Positions 51,122 to 62,506 are shown, counted from the first letter of the stretch. The stretch is DNA of 64,000 nucleotides from an uncultured Chloroflexia bacterium (GCA_963700285.1 CAVOXA010000010.1:256001-320000), one strand, 5' to 3'. A program made the numbers and translations. The notes: generated by a model from the letters alone, not told the origin.

Positions 51122-52615
51122 CTAATGTCGCCATCCCAACCAAAAACTCTCGTCAGTCTCCAAATAGGGGCTGACGTCAAAGCGGGCAAAGGCCCGGGCT
51201 GCAGCTTCGCGCGCCCCTTCCAGGACCGAAGCCTCGTCCACCGATAGGATTTTTCGGCCCTGCATCAACATCTTGCCGTCGACCAGGACCGTGTCCACAT
51301 CGTTGCCGTTGGCATAGAAAGCCAGCAGGCGCGGCACCATCGAGTCAGGCACCAGGTGGGGCCGGTTCATGTCCACCAGGATGATATCCGCCCGCTTGCC
51401 CATCTCCAGCGAACCAACCTGGTCGTCGAGGCCCAAGCGCACGGGCGGCGTCAATGGTCACCATGCGCAGCGCCTTCCCCGCGGGGATCAACCGAAAGTC
51501 GCCAAACCGCTGTCCACTGGGCCCACATGGCCCGCGAGATCTCTTTGAAGAGATCGTAGGAACAGTAGGGCGCCGTCCCATCAGTGGAGATGGTGACGTT
51601 GGCCCCGGCCTGCAGCAACTCGACCGCAGGACAGACGCCATGGACGATATTCTCGGCTGTAAAGGGCACCAGGGCAACGTTGACACCTTCTTCCCCAAGC
51701 GGCCGAACCTCATCCTCGGCCCAGGCCGTTGCAGTGGGCCAGCACGACGTCCGGCCCCAGCAACCGGCGAACGCGCTCTGGTCCAAAACGCTCCAGCCCA
51801 AAGGTGATCGAGTCCCTGAAGGCGTGGGAGTGGAGCAGGACTTCGTAGCGGTCTGCCAGGTCCCTGATCTCATCCGCCTTTTCGATGATCACGGGCAGAT
51901 GCTCATCGGTGTAGGTAAAAGGGAATTTGGGATGGGTCGCGTGCCGACCAAAGAGGTAGGGATACGTGCAGCGCCGCCTGGACACGACCATCCGCAGCGC
52001 CATGCCAGGCCTCGATGAACGAGACCGAGTTTTGCAGGGCCTGCTCGTAGGTAAATCGGCGCCGGCACAGGCTGGCCACCGTTCCACAGCGTCCCCTACC
52101 AGGGTTCTGGCAGGTGGGACACAAAGGGATCTGGTGGGCCTACGCCCAGCACCCCGCGGATGCCCACCGACTCGACGGCCTCGGCCTGGCGCATGGCAAA
52201 GATCGGGCTATCCATACGGGCCGGCGTCGCACCGACGACGGTCAGGCCGCAGGTCACGCCGAACCTGAGCCGCTCCACGGCAGACAGCAACCCCTCAGCA
52301 GACCACCACTCCTCGTCGGCAGCGTGGAAGTAGAGGTCGTTGGTCGGCCAACCCAGCTCGGGATGGCGGATGGCTTTGATCATACCGTGGCCGGCATGGC
52401 CATAAGTGTCCACCAGGCCGGGCATGACAGCTTTGTACCTGGCATCCAGGATGCTATCGGCCTCAAAGTCCCGGCGCACATCCTGCGATGGAACCGACGG
52501 CAGCGATGGCATTGCCCTGCTACAGCCACTGCGCCATCGCGATGACGCGATGCTGGGGGTCCATGGTCACGACCACGCCCCCTTCGATTATCAGGTCTAC
52601 GCGCTTTCTGTTCAC
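51122..52615 (-). CDS. TRZ/ATZ-type amidohydrolase (frameshifts)
   Basis: GGVVVTMD, PGLVDTYGH, LAHC, STDG and GSLE.GKRAD motifs. Confidence 0.85.
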
Positions 52616-52682
52616 AGTGCGCTCGTGCCTTTCCAAGAATCCTGGCGAAGGTGCAAACGCTTGCGCCGTCGCCAAGATCGAA

Positions 52683-53577
52683 CTAGTCCTCTGGATAATC
52701 CCAACTGGTCGCGTGGGGCTGGATCAGCTCCACTGTCGCACCGGCGTTGTACTGGCCATAGACAAACGATTCATAGCCATCGTTGGCGTCAAAGATCTTG
52801 TCCTGGAAGACAGGCACGCCGATGTCGCGCAGATGCTGTACATCGGCTTCGATACTCGTGGTCTGCAGGGCAATGATGCTCCAGGCCCTCGCCCTGGTCC
52901 GCCAGGAACTTGGACACACGGGACTCGGGGTTCCAGTTCTGGACCACGTGCAGCCAGCACTCGTTGCCCAGCAGAATGCGGGCGTCGTACTGCATGCCTT
53001 TGCCCTGATCGTCGCGAAAGTCTCTGCAGCCCAGCCCAAACAGCTTCTCAAAGAGCTGGCAGGTGGCCCCTTGAGTTTTTGACCGCCACGCCAATGTGCT
53101 GCAGCCGGATGAGGCCCATCTTGGCGCTTACCGGGCCAGTCTCCTGCGGATAGTTCCAACTGGTAGCATGTGGCTGGATCAGCTCAACCGTGATGCCCGG
53201 CGTTGTATTCAGGGTAGACGAAGGCCTCAAAACCATCGGCGCGCGTCAAAGATCTTGTCCTGATAGAGGGTACACCCGACATCACGCACGCGCTGCACAT
53301 CGGCTTCGATGTCATCGCTCTCCAGGGCGATGTGCTCCAGGCCCTCGCCATGCTCTCTCCAGGAACTGGTAGACGCGCGACCTCGGGATTCCAGTTCTGG
53401 ACCATGTGCAGCCAGCAGTCATTGCCCAGCAGCATGCGCGAATCGTACTGCATGCCCTTGCCCTGGTCGTCGCGAAAGTCCTGGCATTTGAGCCCAAAGA
53501 GCTTGTCGAATCGCTCGCAGGCCGCAGTGCATGTCGCGGACCGCGAGGCCGATGTGTTGCACTCGAATGATGGCCAT
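52683..53577 (-). CDS. Two-domain VOC protein with near-identical halves (frameshifts)
   Basis: QHIG.AV...DDQGKGMQYD...LGN.CWLH.VQNWNPE...GLEH...VELIQPHATSW occurs twice. Confidence 0.85.
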
Positions 53578-53598
53578 GTTCTAATCCTCCATCCGACT

Positions 53599-55292
53599 CT
53601 ATCCCAACGCCACCGTGTGAGCATCCTGGCCCGCGCGCTGGCTCAGGGCCTTGACCGTCACCTCTGCCGGGCCGCCGCCCTCGACCCGGACCACCCACTC
53701 TGCCTTTTTCGAGGCCTTGTGCCAGTCGATAAAGCGGGAGTACTTCATGCCTCGCTCTGACCGGCCCGACAGGTGATCCAGATCCTGCTGCGGCTTGCCG
53801 GCGACCAGCTCCAACCCTATCACCCAGGGCGAGTTCGGCGATCACAGGTGTGACCACCTTGGCGTCGATGGCCCGCCGGGTGACGTAGGTAGGCAGGTAG
53901 CCCAGGTTCTCAACGATGGCCTCGATCTTGAACAGCTCATCAGCCACTCTTGTGGCTTTCACATCGCTGATATTCAGCCGAGGCGATATCAGCGCGTGCT
54001 GCAGGGTGAACAGCATGTTCTTGTGACACAGTTCGGGCAGGTGGTGGGCGGGCGGGTTACGGAACATGAACAGCCGCTTCCAGCCGCCCAACTCCACGGG
54101 CCCCAATTGCGGGTGCTCAAAGGGCGTCCAGTCCATAAAACCCTCGCCCTCGAGCTGCTCGTCGCTCCACTTGAGCAACTTGAGGTTCTCCTCCTCGTTG
54201 AGGGGCCGGATGGGGAAGAACCAGTCCTTTTCGATACCGGCTGCGGCATACACGTCCCACAGTTCGGTGACGATGCCAATGATGCCCCGCTGCACGTACA
54301 AAAAGCCGCCCGATGTGCCCAGCCTGCGGGGAACGTTGGGGATGTTAAAGTCGTTCTCGTCAGCGAGCAGACCGTAGCCGGTGGTTTCGGCGCCCATTTC
54401 ACCGATCCGCCGCAAGACAACCGTGTCCTCGTAGGGTGTGCCGCCCGGCGGGACCTCAAAGGGCAGCAGGATGACGCCCGCGTTGGTGTGATAGTTCACC
54501 GCGCCGTTGATGTTGGGATGATCCAGGACAAAGCGGGTAACAGCCATGAATCTCCGGCTCGGCGAGAGGATACTCGCCAGCGCCATACTGCTCGTTCTCG
54601 GGTCCCCAGGCGTAGGGATAGTTACGGTTCAGGTTGCCATCCTGGGGCCGGGGGACAGTGGCATCGGCGCCGTCGAAATCCTCGATTTCGCCCTCAGGAA
54701 GCAGCCGGTAGTACTCGCCGCCATGCTCCCACAGCTCACGGTGGACCAGGATGCGGGGGTCTTTTTCGGAGGCTTTCCACTCGCCCTTTTCGTCGCGGAT
54801 GCGCATGTCGCTGACAAAGCCATCGCCGTTCACGTCGGCATAGTGCAGGCCGGGCCCAAACTGGTCTTCGCCGGGCATATAGCGGCCATTGCCAATCCAC
54901 TCGTGGTAGATACCCTTCAGGGCAATCTCCATGCCGTCGGGATTGACCACGGGCAGGATGTAAAAGGTCTGCCAGTCCAGCAGGCGGGTGACCATCTCGT
55001 CCTGCCCATAGTTGGTCACCAGGTACCAGGCAGTGTACAGGCTGACCACGGCACCCGAGATCTCCTCGGGATGGGTCACGCCGTCGATATAGTAGCCAGG
55101 CTTGTCACCGGGCTCACCGGTGGCCTTGTTGGTGATCTCGATGAGCCACAGCCCGCGCCCCTGCAGGCTGGCACCGATGTTATGCAGGGTGGCCAGTTCG
55201 GGATAGGCTTCGGCCAGCCCCTTTAGCGCAGCCTCTGTCTGCGCGGCGTCATAGTAGCGGTCAAAGTCCATTTCAAATCGTGACTCGCTCAT
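53599..55292 (-). CDS. M14 zinc carboxypeptidase (frameshifts)
   Basis: HPEE, NPDG, NLNRNY, YHT and ELW motifs. Confidence 0.88.
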
Positions 55293-55350
55293 TTCGATTC
55301 CTCTCCAGAGTCCTTCGCGCGGTGTCGGTGTATGCTAGGCTGCTTCAGGT

Positions 55351-56640
55351 CTACAGAGTGAGCCAGCACCAATCCTTGGTCAGGGGAGTATTGTTCAGAA
55401 CAATGCCCCGCTCCTTTCCAACCAGGATGGTATTGGAGTGATTGTAGCCCCAGCCGCCCTGGGGATTGTAAAGCCCTGGCTCATTGCTCATGAGCATGCC
55501 TTCTTGCAGCACCGTCTCATCACCCAGGGCCAGGCAGGGGGCCTGATGACCCTCCATGCCGATGCCATGGGCCGGGCGGTGATAGACGAATTCCTCCAGG
55601 CCGGCATCCCTGGGCAGCTTGAGGACACTGGCTGGCAATCTCGTTGCAGGCCAGGCCTGCCCGGCACAGTTCGGCCTGAAGCTCGGTCATCTGGGTATGT
55701 ACTTCCCAGGTCTTTTTCTGCAGGTCGTTCATGGGCGCAAGTTGCACCGCCCGGTAGCATTCGCCCACGTAACCGCCCAGGTGCACCCAGCCAGCAAGCT
55801 GGATGGCATCGCCGTGCTCGATCTGGTGATAGTAGAACTGGTTGGGATGAGGATAGGCGGTACTGGCACCGGCACGACAGACCAAAAAGATGTCGATGCC
55901 AACGGCGTTGTGGGGCCGGCCATCAGGCTTGAGCCAGCCCATCAGCAGGTCGGTGATGTAGCGCTTGGTCTCGACCTGGACGTCATAGTCGGTGACGCTG
56001 GTGCCATATTCCAGGATAAAGGCCCGGGCGTATTCGAGCATGTGGTCCTGGAGATCGAGCGCCTTCTGGGTCAGGGCCAGCTCTTCGGCGTCCTTGATCT
56101 GGCGCATCTTGAGGCAGAGGTCACCGACGATCCTGAAGGTGGCCTGGGGCAGAGCGGCCTGCATCCGGGCAGCGACGCTGGGGCCCACTTCCGATTCGAT
56201 GCCCAGGGTGGCCGTGGCCAAAGCCCCGGTTACCCAGACTGCCCAGCATCCACTGCAGCAGGTCCTGGGGCGGACCCGGCTCGCAGACAAAGGTGTCGTA
56301 AGCTCCATGATGGGGATAGTCAAAGTACCATTCGGCGTCCTGGATCCACCAGGTATCGACCAGGTCGCGATCCAGGGCCGGGTGGTAGATGACAGGCTCA
56401 CCCTTTGCCGGGACAAAGAGCCAGAAGGGCCGCTCGGTCTTGGAGTGAAAGAGCCCGGAGAAATAGATGATGTTCCAGACATCCTCCAGGATGATGCCAT
56501 CCAGGCCGTTCTCCGACAGGGTGGCCTGGAGGCGCGTCATATTCTGCCGGTACCAGGCTTCCGGCAGCCGGAAAGGCGGCTCCAAGGGTGTGCATAGGTG
56601 GGATCAGATCCGTGGTCTCCAAGTCAGATTGTGCGTTCAT
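55351..56640 (-). CDS. M24-family hydrolase (frameshifts)
   Basis: TERP, MRQIKD..EL, YPH, HRPAHGIG..GH, EPG and NHSNT motifs. Confidence 0.85.
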
Positions 56641-56700
56641 GCTCTCCCAGTCCCGTAGACGACCGGGCGTGGACCACAGTCCACGCCAAGCGTATTAGCA

Positions 56701-56792
56701 AGACCTCGGAGGCTTTTCAGGCCAGCCGGTACGCTCGGCCGGATGCGCCCAGAACGCCGAGAACCCGTACACAACTCAAAGCTCCGAGGTCC
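56701..56792. repeat. GACCTCGGAGG-family REP-like element
   Basis: agacctcggaggcttt ... aaagctccgaggtcc; related palindrome cagacctccgaggtctg at 34081-34097. Confidence 0.6.
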
Positions 56793-56804
56793 GGATATGT
56801 AGAC

Positions 56805-57747
56805 TCAGCCCCCAGCCATGATGGCGTCGACTTCTGCGACCTCGTCCGCAGACAGGTCCAATCGGCTGCTTTGACGTTGCTCAGCACATGGTCCAGCTTG
56901 GTCGCGCCAGAGATGACCGAACAGACCGCTGGGCTGGGCCATCAGCCAGGCCTGGGCCAGCTCGTTCAGACCACGACCATGGTCGGCGGACCAGCTTCCA
57001 GTTTTTCGATGCGGTCATAGTTGGCGTCGGTCATGTACTTTTGCACATAGTCGCTGACCGCGCCCCGGGATCCGGGTGGGGCTGGCTCGCCCCGCTCGTA
57101 CTTGCCGGTGAGAAAGCCGCCCGCCAGCGGGAAATAGGGCACAAAGCCCACGTTGTGGGCCCGGCAGTAGGGCAGCACCTCCCGTTCGGCCCGCCGTTCC
57201 AGCATGCTGTACTCCGACTGGATGACGACGATGGGCGTCCAGCCACGGACTTCTGTCAGCAGGTTGGCGTGGGCCAGTTGCCACGAGGCAAAGTCAGAGA
57301 CGCCCACGTAGCGGATCTTGCCCATGCGGATCAGGTCATCCAGCGTCCGCAAGGTCTCTTCGATGGGCGTGTGGTCGTCCCAGCGGTGGACATAGTACAG
57401 ATCGATGTGGTCGCTCTGCAGGCGCCGCAGGCTGTTCTCAACAGCATTCATGATGTGATAGCGCGAGGCGCCGCGATCGTTGGTACCCTCCCCGGTGGGG
57501 AACCAGAACTTGCTGGCCAGGACAAACTTGTCCCATCGCCCCTTCAGCGCCACACCCAGCGTCTCCTCCGAGCGCCCTTTCTGGTAGCTATTGGAGGTAT
57601 CAATGTGGTTGATGCCGATGGTCGATGGCGGCGTCGATGATGTCTGGTGACCTCCTTCTGGGGCAGCATTTCAGAGCCGAAACGGTTGGTTCCTATACCA
57701 ATCACCGATACACGCACGCCCGAATTTCCTAGTTGGCGGTATTCCAT
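56805..57747 (-). CDS. Aldo/keto reductase (frameshifts)
   Basis: MEYRQLGNSG..VS.IG.GT, SLRRLQ.D.IDLY..H, GKIRY.GVS and PLAGGFLTGKY motifs. Confidence 0.92.
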
Positions 57748-57810
57748 TTCAATCCCCCCTTTTTCGAATTGCTGGTATAACTCAGCCCATCCTCCCACAG
57801 GTCTCCAACC

Positions 57811-58434
57811 TCATGCCTTGAAAGTACCCTGAAAGTCCAGCGTCTCGACCAAAAAGATCCCTTGCTTGATGCCCTTCACGAGCTTATGTTCCTTGGCCAA
57901 CAACACCTCCAAGGCGGCAGCCAGGCCCGCTTCCTCTTCTTGGGGAACAACCACCACCCCGTTGTCGTCTCCGAGGATGATGTCGCCCGGATGAACGACG
58001 ATTCCGCCGCAGCTCACCGGTACCTGGGTTCGGCCCAGCCGCCGGTTGGTCCCAACGCGGGGAGTCACCCCCCGGGCGAATACGGGAAAGCCCACTTCGC
58101 GCAAGCCCTCCACATCGCGGACCGCACCGTCAATCACGATGCCGGCAAAGCCCCTGGTCCTGCACTCCAGGGCCATAATCTCACCCAGGAGCGCACCAGA
58201 GCCGACGTCGCCCTCGCCATCGACCACGATCAGGTCGCCAGGAAAGGCTTCAACCAGGGCCTTGTGCACGGTGATGATGCTTCCCGGGTAGGCCTTGACG
58301 GTGAAAGCCCGGCCAAGCATCCGGAAACCTGGAACCGCTGGTTTGATGCCGGGATGCATGACGCCCAGCGAACCCAACACATCGCTGACATTGGCCGAAG
58401 TCGCCGGGCCGAATATTTTCTCTAGATCAGACAT
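57811..58434 (-). CDS. RraA/HMG-aldolase family protein
   Basis: GEIM, DGAVRD and V.PGDI..GD..GVV motifs. Confidence 0.92.
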   Translation of the reverse strand: MSDLEKIFGPATSANVSDVLGSLGVMHPGIKPAVPGFRMLGRAFTVKAYPGSIITVHKALVEAFPGDLIVVDGEGDVGSGALLGEIMALECRTRGFAGIVIDGAVRDVEGLREVGFPVFARGVTPRVGTNRRLGRTQVPVSCGGIVVHPGDIILGDDNGVVVVPQEEEAGLAAALEVLLAKEHKLVKGIKQGIFLVETLDFQGTFKA

Positions 58435-59197
58435 TGTCCATTCCTCCCGTGGGGTTCCTCAAGTCAAGCACTGCTTCTGGTGTCCGGCCCAGCGGATCAC
58501 GCTGGGCAACCGCTTTGGCCAAACTGCGGTGGATGCCAGGCGCCGCAGCCCGCAACTCGTCCTCATTGGCATTGAGGACGCGACCGTCCTCGACGACCTG
58601 TTGGCCGGCGACAAAGACGGTATCCACATCCTGGCCTCTGCCAAATAGAACCAGGGAGCGCACCAGATCCAGCACAGGGCCATAGTGACAGTGAGAAAGG
58701 TCGACGCAGACGAGATCAGCCTGCGCGCCGGCTGCCAGCCGGCCAGGATCCTGGCGTCCGAGGGCATCCGCGCTGCCCACTGTCGCCGCAGCAAAGACCT
58801 CCTGGCAGGTGGGCCGTTCAGCGGTCCGGGCCGTCTGTTTGCCCATGAACCAGGCCAGCCGCATCTCCTCGATGATGTCCGAGGGCCAGATGTCGCAGCC
58901 GATGCCCACGTTCACACCGTGGTCCAGGTAACGGGGCAGGCTGTGCAGCGCCTCACCCCCGCTGAAGAACAAGCGGGGGGAATGGGCCACGGAGGACCCG
59001 GCATCGGCGATGAGGCTCAGATCCCGGTCGGGATCCCCACCCACATCCGGGTGCCCGCTGGTATAGACACAGTGCCCCAGGATGATGTCAGGGCCCAGAA
59101 AACCAATACGATGCCGCAGCGGTTCGCCGGCGCTGTCCCAGACAGCAACCCAGCCTCCACACACCTTGGTAATCGGGGCTTTTGCTTTTGCGACCAA
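58427..59197 (-). pseudogene. Internally deleted paralogue of the adjacent amidohydrolase
   Basis: GGWVAVWD...RHRI is fused directly to GFLGPDIILGHC; the C-terminal half closely matches 59257-60729. Confidence 0.85.
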
Positions 59198-59256
59198 CTT
59201 GCCTCCCCCTGCCTCGAAAGGTCTCTTGACAGAATCTCAAAGGAAAAGGAGGAAGG

Positions 59257-60729
59257 CTATGCCTCAAGTCCCAGGATCGACTCGATGGTACGGTGCAGGG
59301 GATCCCGCTCCGAAGCAGCTTGGGCAAGCTTGCACAGGATGCTGGGCGCCGCGGCACGCAGCGCATCCTCGTCTGCATTCAGCACACGCCCCCCTTTGAC
59401 AACGGGGCGACCATGCACAAAGATCGTGTCCACGTCCTGGCCCTTGCCAAAGGCAACCAGTGAACGTATCGGGTCCAGGACGGGGCCATAGTGATACCCC
59501 GACATATCGACACAGACAATGTCGGCGCTCGCGCCTGGCGCCAATCGGCCGAGGTCAGCGCGGCCCATGGCGTCCGCGCTGCCAACCGTCGCCGCGGTAA
59601 AGACCTCCAGGCAAGTTGGCCGATCTGCCGTCCTGTTGGTATGCTTACCCAGGAACCAGGCCAGTCGCATCTCCTCGATAATGTCCACCGGCCAGATGTC
59701 ACAGCCGAGCCCAACGTTGATGCCGTGGTCCAGATAGCGCGGCAGGGAGTGCATCGCTATCCCCCCACGGGCAAAGGGCAAGGGCGAGTGCGCTACCGAG
59801 GAACCGGCATCCGCGATCAGCTTCAGGTCCCGATCTGGGTCGCCGCCCACCGCCGGGTGGCCGCTGATGAAAATACAGTGCCCCAGGATGATATCCGGTC
59901 CGAGGAAACCAATGTTGTACAGGTGGCCCACCGGAGTGTCTCCATAGAGACGCCGGACCAGATCCACCTCGCCCAGATATTGGGCGGTATGGATCTCGAT
60001 ACGTAGATCCCTGGCCCGCGCTTCCCTCAGGGCCACTGCCAGCAATGCCGGGCTGTTGTTGTCCACGGCGTGGGGGCAAAGGATGACTTGTACGCGTTCG
60101 TCATGGGTCTTGTGGTGCTCCTCGGCAAAGCGCAGCGCTGCCTGCAGGAGCTCCATCCCCATCTCTTCATCCCAATGCCAATCACGAGAACCATCCGCTT
60201 TCTGATAGCCTCGGGCCGAGCGAAAACCGAGCGCCAGGTAGGCCCGGCTGCCGATACGGCCCACTACCTCGGCCAGGAATGCCTCGTCGGTGGGGGGATT
60301 GCCCAGCCACCAGATGGGACCGTAGCCATGCGCATCGACAACCGTCGTCGTGCCGGTGCGCAACATTTGCACCAGGGAGAACTCGGCGCTCATCCTTTGC
60401 TCTTCCAGGGTCAATGTCGGCCACATGAAGAGGGGAGCCATCTCTGCGAACTCTTGGCTGGGCGCGAACCGGCCGGCGCGGGAGACATCAACCACGGACG
60501 CCATGAGCTCGACGCCGACGTGGCCGTGCAGGTTGATGAAGCCGGGGCAGATGAACCACTCGAGATTTTCGAGCATGGCATCGGCTTGGCCCTCAAAGCG
60601 CGGTCCGGCGTACAGGATCCGATTCCCTTCGAAGGCAACCTCCCCCCTCTCGACGATACGATGCCGCGGAAAAGGTGCCCCATCTCCATCCCAGACTGCG
60701 ACCCAGCCACCTCGTAGCAGTGTGATCAT
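59257..60729 (-). CDS. TRZ/ATZ-type amidohydrolase
   Basis: PGFINLHGH, GTTT, IHTAQ, GHC and GCD motifs. Confidence 0.9.
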   Translation of the reverse strand: MITLLRGGWVAVWDGDGAPFPRHRIVERGEVAFEGNRILYAGPRFEGQADAMLENLEWFICPGFINLHGHVGVELMASVVDVSRAGRFAPSQEFAEMAPLFMWPTLTLEEQRMSAEFSLVQMLRTGTTTVVDAHGYGPIWWLGNPPTDEAFLAEVVGRIGSRAYLALGFRSARGYQKADGSRDWHWDEEMGMELLQAALRFAEEHHKTHDERVQVILCPHAVDNNSPALLAVALREARARDLRIEIHTAQYLGEVDLVRRLYGDTPVGHLYNIGFLGPDIILGHCIFISGHPAVGGDPDRDLKLIADAGSSVAHSPLPFARGGIAMHSLPRYLDHGINVGLGCDIWPVDIIEEMRLAWFLGKHTNRTADRPTCLEVFTAATVGSADAMGRADLGRLAPGASADIVCVDMSGYHYGPVLDPIRSLVAFGKGQDVDTIFVHGRPVVKGGRVLNADEDALRAAAPSILCKLAQAASERDPLHRTIESILGLEA

Positions 60730-60794
60730 TGGTGTATGCCTTTCGTCTACCTTTGGCAGAATCGCCCGGCAGCCAGGGCCGAGCGCCCTGATGC

Positions 60795-61694
60795 TTACAG
60801 CAGGTCTGCCTCGTTGAGTATCCCCTGGAGTTCCTGGCGGTGGGCCTCGTCCAAGGGCAGGAGGGGCAAGCGCGGCGGTCCGCCATAATAGCCGACCATG
60901 TCCAGGGCCGCCTTGAGGCCACTAACACCGAAACGACTGGTGATGGCCAGGTTGACCGGCAGCATCCGCAGGTGGAGGTCGCGCCCCTTTTCGATGTCGC
61001 CGGCGTTAAAGAGGTCAAACAAGGCGACCGATTCGTCAGGCGCCATGTTGGCCAGGGCGAGAATGCCCCCCGTGACGCCGATGGCCAGCGATGGATAGAA
61101 AAAATTGGCCGAACCGGACAGCACCTGGAAGGAAGGATCGGCCCGGCGGATGGTCTCGCCCATCTTGGGCATGTTGCCGCCTGTATCCTTTACGCCAATG
61201 ATGTTGGGATGGTACGACAGTTCGATCAACAGGTCCGCCGCCAGATCCATGCCGGTCGCGGGCGGCAGGTTGTAGATAAGGATGGGGATGGAAGAACTGT
61301 CGGCGACGTCGCAATAGTACCTGGTCAGCACAGGCACGGTCATCTGGCCCTTGTAGTAGTTGGGGTTTACCACAATGGCTGCATCGGCGCCAATTTCGGC
61401 CGCTTTCTCGGTCAGCCGGAGTGTGTGGACCGTCGACTCGCTGGCCGTGCCGGCGATCATCAGCCGGTGGTGGGGGATTGCCTGGCGGGCCGTCCGCAGC
61501 ACGTCCAGCCTTTCTTCCTCGTTGAGGTAGACCCATTCGCCGTTGGAACCCAGCACCACGTAGCCACAGAGTCCTGTCTGGTTCCACTTGTCGAGGTTGG
61601 ATTCCATCTTGTCGTGGGCAACGTTGCCAGCATCGTCAAAAGAAGTCACAATGGGTGTGAATACACCGCGCAACGAGACAGTAGATTCGGTCAT
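60795..61694 (-). CDS. DHDPS-family aldolase (4-hydroxy-2-oxoglutarate aldolase-like)
   Basis: GSNGE, YN.P, G.KDT and RLPL motifs. Confidence 0.88.
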   Translation of the reverse strand: MTESTVSLRGVFTPIVTSFDDAGNVAHDKMESNLDKWNQTGLCGYVVLGSNGEWVYLNEEERLDVLRTARQAIPHHRLMIAGTASESTVHTLRLTEKAAEIGADAAIVVNPNYYKGQMTVPVLTRYYCDVADSSSIPILIYNLPPATGMDLAADLLIELSYHPNIIGVKDTGGNMPKMGETIRRADPSFQVLSGSANFFYPSLAIGVTGGILALANMAPDESVALFDLFNAGDIEKGRDLHLRMLPVNLAITSRFGVSGLKAALDMVGYYGGPPRLPLLPLDEAHRQELQGILNEADLL

Positions 61695-61750
61695 GATCCT
61701 CCTCCCTTCCTGGACATGCTCCTGATCGGGTCCAGAGGCACCGCAGTCGC

Positions 61751-62413
61751 CTATGCCAGCCGGGCCCGAACTTTTTCTGCGGATCCGCTCATCTCCGAGA
61801 TCTTGGCGCCCTTCAATAGCTCGTTCTGCGCCCAGGCGCCCCGTTTCTGGCGCACCTCGGCCTGGTCAACCAACTCCGCGGCGGCTTCCGGAGACATGAT
61901 CAGGATCCCATCGGAATCTGCAACAACCAGGTCCCCGGGATTCACCGCAACCCCGCCAATCTGGACCTGTGTGTTGATCTCTCCACTCTCAGCCAGCCCC
62001 TTGGTCGTCAAGGCGGTGATAGACCTGGCATAGACGGGAAAGGCAAACTCCTGGATCTCGAGAAAGTCGGTAGCGCAGCCATCCACGATCGTGCCAGCGA
62101 TCCCCCGTATCTTGGCGGCCAGGGAGGTCATACCCCCCCAACAGGCGTGTTTGCCGTCGCCGTTGCGATCGATCAAGATCACGTCGCCTGGCTCGGCCAT
62201 GTCGATGGCTACGTGCACAACGGCGCTGTCCAGGGCAGTGGTACGGACGGTAAAGGCCGGCCCTACGACGCTGCAGGGTCTCCAGAGCGGCTGGAGACCC
62301 GGATCACAGAAACCAAACTCCAACATATGGCCGACCGTAGCCGGCTCTATCGACCTGTAGCGTTCGATCAACTCCGCAGATAGGCTGGTAGCACGTGGAT
62401 TGATGACGATCAT
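61751..62413 (-). CDS. RraA-family protein
   Basis: GPAFTV, WGG, DG..TD and V.PGDLV.AD..G motifs. Confidence 0.88.
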   Translation of the reverse strand: MIVINPRATSLSAELIERYRSIEPATVGHMLEFGFCDPGLQPLWRPCSVVGPAFTVRTTALDSAVVHVAIDMAEPGDVILIDRNGDGKHACWGGMTSLAAKIRGIAGTIVDGCATDFLEIQEFAFPVYARSITALTTKGLAESGEINTQVQIGGVAVNPGDLVVADSDGILIMSPEAAAELVDQAEVRQKRGAWAQNELLKGAKISEMSGSAEKVRARLA

Positions 62414-62506
62414 GCATCCCCCTTTTCCTATGACTGTTCGTGACAGGCTAGGCTCATGGCACCGCTTCAGCGCCACTTCCCAGGTATAGTTGTACGGGCG
62501 ACCGGA

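Noticed and set aside
48615-57747. Programmed frameshifting or additional Sec recoding in the broken genes
   Set aside because: The breaks I traced are frame changes at scattered positions, not in-frame UGA codons or slippery heptamers
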